From a virus (lineage: Duplodnaviria; Caudoviricetes): a DNA stretch of 24,535 bases. Location: the IMG/VR virus record IMGVR_UViG_3300032335_000252, positions 1 to 24,535 of that record. The stretch is one strand, 5' to 3'. The notes beneath the pieces were generated by a model. The model made no database searches. It had not been told where the DNA came from and saw only the letters and a program-made list of their open reading frames with translations. The position numbers and the translations under genes were made by a program. Shown piece by piece: positions 23,694 to 24,535 of the stretch; position 1 is the stretch's first letter; each line of letters begins with the position of its first letter.

Positions 23694-24535
23694 TAACTAG
23701 AAGCATCAGTTAGTTTGTCTGCATTGAGACGCAAGTGTAGGTTCTCGAACCTATGGCTATGCTCGCCGACATAATCTTTGAACATACCCCAAGTGTTACC
23801 AGCACTTGCCTCTTTGATTGTTAACTTGTTAGCAAACTCAATAGTGGACTGCATAAAATCTAACGCAGTCTTAACTCTTGGTATGCGTAGTGAACCCCTA
23901 AAGATACGCACTTCCACAGTGTGCTTAGGGTTCAGGTTGATAGCCACATATCTTTCACGTGGACTTGCTTTCTGCAACACAATATCACTGGTGGGTTTGA
24001 CACCATAGAATTGTGCGTAGTGACTGTTGCGACCAGCCAACTCGATACACTCTCGGTTATTCTTGTTGATAAGATAAGTCCACTTCCATAAGTGTGACCT
24101 ATCAACAAACGAGGTACGAGAAGCGTGAACGTGTAGACCACAGGTGTCAGTGTCCCAAGACCTGTAACCTGAGCGTCGCAGTTTCTCTATCATCTCCCAA
24201 GGGAACTTCTCCATAGCCCAGTCGTGGGTCATTGGATGGGTGACAATCTCGAAGCCATCATTAAGACTGCCGTCACCTTTGAGATACACAAGGTCATCAG
24301 TTACATAATTGCGTACAATATCTACGCCAGTGCTGATGGTCTCGTGAACAGCCTCAACTTCCAACTCGAAACCAAAGAAAGTTTTGCTAGGTTTCTCTGG
24401 TGTGTAGTGGAATATAGGTGTGGGCTTGAACGAATAGTCGTTGATACCATAACGATAAGCGTCACTGCACTCATCATTACTATTATCCTCATACCATTCA
24501 CTACACTCACCACAATATGACCAACGCCTATCAGC
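23693..24535 (-). CDS. Putative amidoligase (COOH-NH2 ligase, glutamine-synthetase fold), 5' truncated
   Basis: The frame is open to the window edge. Motifs are FGFELEVE, K.DGSL..GFEIVTHP, TCGLHVH, RY.AIN and TVEVRIFRG, with CGEC upstream. Confidence 0.88.
   Translation of the reverse strand, partial: ADRRWSYCGECSEWYEDNSNDECSDAYRYGINDYSFKPTPIFHYTPEKPSKTFFGFELEVEAVHETISTGVDIVRNYVTDDLVYLKGDGSLNDGFEIVTHPMTHDWAMEKFPWEMIEKLRRSGYRSWDTDTCGLHVHASRTSFVDRSHLWKWTYLINKNNRECIELAGRNSHYAQFYGVKPTSDIVLQKASPRERYVAINLNPKHTVEVRIFRGSLRIPRVKTALDFMQSTIEFANKLTIKEASAGNTWGMFKDYVGEHSHRFENLHLRLNADKLTDASS

Noticed and set aside
1-24535. Stop-codon reassignment as the cause of the split genes
   Set aside because: TAA, TAG and TGA all end genes cleanly with coupled downstream starts, and long genes are uninterrupted under the standard code.

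Overview
This is a fragment of a tailed dsDNA phage genome. It is most likely a short-tailed phage of low-GC (freshwater-type) Actinomycetota, inferred from a WhiB gene, a mycobacteriophage-like replication cassette and AT-rich composition. All family calls come from motif recognition, with no database search. The + strand (1-15153) carries a cluster of tiny Lys-rich genes, tail fibre and Gly-rich adhesin-like genes, a GT2-TPR glycosyltransferase, tail tube/adaptor-like proteins, a holin, an M23 endolysin and a Pro/Thr-rich exported protein, ending at an intrinsic terminator. A proteasome-beta-like Ntn peptidase and a second glycosyltransferase sit antisense inside this block. The - strand (15159-24535) carries a sigma factor, metallophosphoesterase, DUF1599-like protein, split primase, resolvase, DnaB-like helicase, a Cas4/RecB-like exonuclease split in two by an inserted nuclease gene, WhiB, small early genes, a class II glutamine amidotransferase and a GS-fold amidoligase truncated at the window edge. 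An AT-rich origin-like region and a + strand lytic transglycosylase gene lie within this arm. The strongest leads are the split Fe-S exonuclease, a 15-bp palindrome present three times, the amidoligase/GATase/Ntn-peptidase set, the antisense-embedded gene pair and the poly-Lys-tailed micro-protein cluster.
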